Of a DNA stretch of 17,854 bases, positions 17,814 through 17,854 are shown in pieces. The position numbers and the translations under genes were made by a program. The stretch covers positions 1 through 17,854 of the forward strand of contig JANPJS010000155.1 in NCBI GenBank assembly GCA_031425655.1. Direction: 5' to 3'. The notes under the pieces are model-generated. The model made no database searches. It saw only the letters and a program-made list of their open reading frames with translations, and was not told the DNA's origin. The DNA is from Abditibacteriaceae bacterium (GTDB taxonomy: Bacteria; Armatimonadota; Abditibacteriia; Abditibacteriales; Abditibacteriaceae). The number at the start of each line of letters is the position of its first letter. Position 1 is the stretch's first letter.

Positions 17814-17854
17814 TGCTGATTTTGAATGCGCACGTTTTTCGCGGTTTCAATGGC

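Overview
A moderately GC-rich bacterial chromosome segment. The gene set and style suggest Abditibacteriota/Armatimonadota or a PVC-like lineage, but that is inference only. Left to right it holds: a Gfo/Idh/MocA oxidoreductase; a 1159-aa ECF sigma factor fused to a putative membrane anchor, an OB-fold-like domain and four tandem carbohydrate-binding-like repeats; an AftB-like GT-C membrane glycosyltransferase; a DUF4258/YgiT-type putative toxin-antitoxin pair; an AT-rich orphan flanked by a duplicated groEL terminator; groES-groEL with a near-consensus sigma70 promoter and a perfect CIRCE; a three-gene cluster (degenerate MshEN-like membrane protein, DUF2752, conserved hypothetical); and secreted GH127-like, WG-repeat and GH140/DUF4038-like proteins. 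The intergenic DNA carries several different palindromic repeat types, including a 210-bp nested MITE-like element. The most interesting items are the ECF-CBM fusion (candidate one-component glycan sensor), the cassette-like island at the groEL terminator, the nested MITE, and an in-frame patch of atypical codon usage inside the GH127 gene. I saw no rRNA, tRNA, CRISPR array, integrase or transposase. All family assignments come from motif recognition, not database searches.
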